Positions 62,084-64,000 of a DNA stretch of 64,000 nt are shown here, piece after piece. A program made the position numbers and the translations under genes. Positions within the stretch are counted from its first letter, which is position 1. Every line of letters starts with the position of its first letter. The notes beneath the pieces are model-generated. The model was not told where the DNA came from and searched no databases. It worked only from the letters and a program-made list of their open reading frames with translations. Source of the DNA: Hormiphora californensis (lineage: Eukaryota > Animalia > Ctenophora). The DNA is taken from the NCBI GenBank assembly GCA_020137815.1, contig CM035354.1, positions 3,782,001 through 3,846,000 on the forward strand, given 5' to 3'.

Positions 62084-64000
62084 GGGGGGGTTCCAACCTA
62101 TTTTTTTGTACGGTTTTGTACGGTTTTGTACGGACCATACATAAAAGTATCCGAAATTCCTGTTTTTTTCCATACAAACAATACAAAAAATACAAAAAAA
62201 TAATGCAGGATGTGGCTGCCTGATAAAAGTATAAATAATACATAGCTGGGTTCCGTTTATGTTCATGTACCATGGGGGGGTTCCAACCTATTTGTTGTAC
62301 GTTTGTACGGAAAAAAACACGGGTTTCCTCAAACAAAAAATACAAAAAAATACAAAAAAGTACAAAAAAATACAAAAAAATACAAAAAAATAAAACGGGG
62401 TATAAACGATTAAACAAAGCTTTTCTGATCGTTGAAACTTTAGTTTATGATCATAATTGTGTCATAAATTCCTATTAAACTGTGGTTTCATACAAAATTA
62501 GCAACTTTTTCTTATAATTGGAAGATAAAAACATGTTTTAATCATGTTTTAATTGTTCTTTATCAAAACACAAGGAAATATTCTATTCAAAATTTTCGAA
62601 ATCTGAATCAATGATGTTTACTTTTTCGAATTTCGAATGAAAGATAGTAATTACACGACAAACGTTCCTAGGTGGTACATTAGGACAAAAGGAACCCGTC
62701 CATGAACTTTTACTAGGCACCCACCTCCATAATTTGTTGTGCTTTTTTTTGTACTGTTTGTACGAAAAATTGGAATTTCTAAGAGAGAAAATCTTTCCAA
62801 ATCGAACTTTCTATCCAAGAAAGTATTATCGAATCGCAATTTCTAAGCGAGAGAAATTTTCCCGAATCGCAATTTCTTACCGAGAAACTTTTTCGAATCG
62901 TATTTTCTAAGCGAGAAATTTCCCCAAATCGCAATTTCTTTACGAGAAAATTTTCTTGAATCGTATTTTCTAAGCGATATATTTCCCCGAATCCCAATTT
63001 CTTACCGAAAAAATTTCTCGAATCGTATTTTCTAAGCGAAAAATTTCCCCAAATCGCAATTTTTACCGAGAAAATTATCCCGAATCGAAATTAGTACCGA
63101 GAAAGTGATCTCCAACTGAGAAAATTTTCTCGTAATCGTAACGGTAATCTGAATCAATGATTTCGTTTTTTTAGAATTTCAAAAACGTGTACTTTTACAC
63201 ACTTTTTTAGCATGTAATTTTAGCAGGAAAATGGACGACAATGGAACTAAAAACGTTCATATATATGATAGATGGTACATGAACATAAACGGAACCCAGC
63301 TATGTATTATTTATACTTTTATCAGGCAGCCACATCCTGCATTATTTTTTTGTATTTTTTGTATTGTTTGTATGGAAAAAAACAGGAATTTCGGATACTT
63401 TTATGTATGGTCCGTACAAAACCGTACAAAACCGTACAAAAAAATAGGTTGGAACCCCCCCTGTACCATCTATCATATATATGAACGTTTTTAGTTCCAT
63501 TGTCGTCCATTTTCCTGCTAAAATTACATGCTAAAAAAGTGTGTAAAAGTACACGTTTTTGAAATTCTAAAAAAACGAAATCATTGATTCAGATTACCGT
63601 TACGATTACGAGAAAATTTTCTCAGTTGGAGATCACTTTCTCGGTACTAATTTCGATTCGGGATAATTTTCTCGGTAAAAATTGCGATTTGGGGAAATTT
63701 TTCGCTTAGAAAATACGATTCGAGAAATTTTTTCGGTAAGAAATTGGGATTCGGGGAAATATATCGCTTAGAAAATACGATTCAAGAAAATTTTCTCGTA
63801 AAGAAATTGCGATTTGGGGAAATTTCTCGCTTAGAAAATACGATTCGAAAAAGTTTCTCGGTAAGAAATTGCGATTCGGGAAAATTTCTCTCGCTTAGAA
63901 ATTGCGATTCGATAATACTTTCTTGGATAGAAAGTTCGATTTGGAAAGATTTTCTCTCTTAGAAATTCCAATTTTTCGTACAAACAGTACAAAAAAAAGC
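62084..64000. mobile_element. Foldback-like complex palindrome in a dynein intron, running off the window
   Basis: 62741-63279 is the reverse complement of 63462-64000; 62084-62273 is the reverse complement of 63272-63461; ~19/38-bp subrepeats (tttctaagcgagaaatttccccaaatcgcaa) at 62820-63110. Confidence 0.85.

Overview
Eukaryotic (animal) genomic DNA with GT-AG introns, long (GA)n tracts and dense MITE/foldback repeats. Two MITE families resemble repeats I recall from the ctenophore Pleurobrachia, so a cydippid ctenophore is my inference, not a verified assignment. From left to right: an intron-rich hATm-like DNA transposase (-, 1-3.3 kb); nested palindromic elements; the last two exons of a CD63-like tetraspanin (+); a ~21-kb MCTP-like multi-C2/transmembrane gene (-) with a rhodopsin-class GPCR nested antisense in one intron and a three-layer transposon nest in another; a small secreted-protein locus; and the 3' part of an inner-arm axonemal dynein heavy chain (DNAH3-like, -). 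One 7.4-kb dynein intron holds a complete antisense 13-exon orphan gene (~1095 aa). Structural oddities include a ~270-bp multi-hairpin element with covarying stems and an invariant loop, palindromes nested at the centres of palindromes, a large palindrome with a flip-flop-like spacer at the window end, and tandem duplications of splice sites. Several single-base frameshifts in conserved genes and two garbled stretches (1-900, 46140-47230) point to residual sequencing errors. No prokaryotic-type system (CRISPR, operon) is evident.
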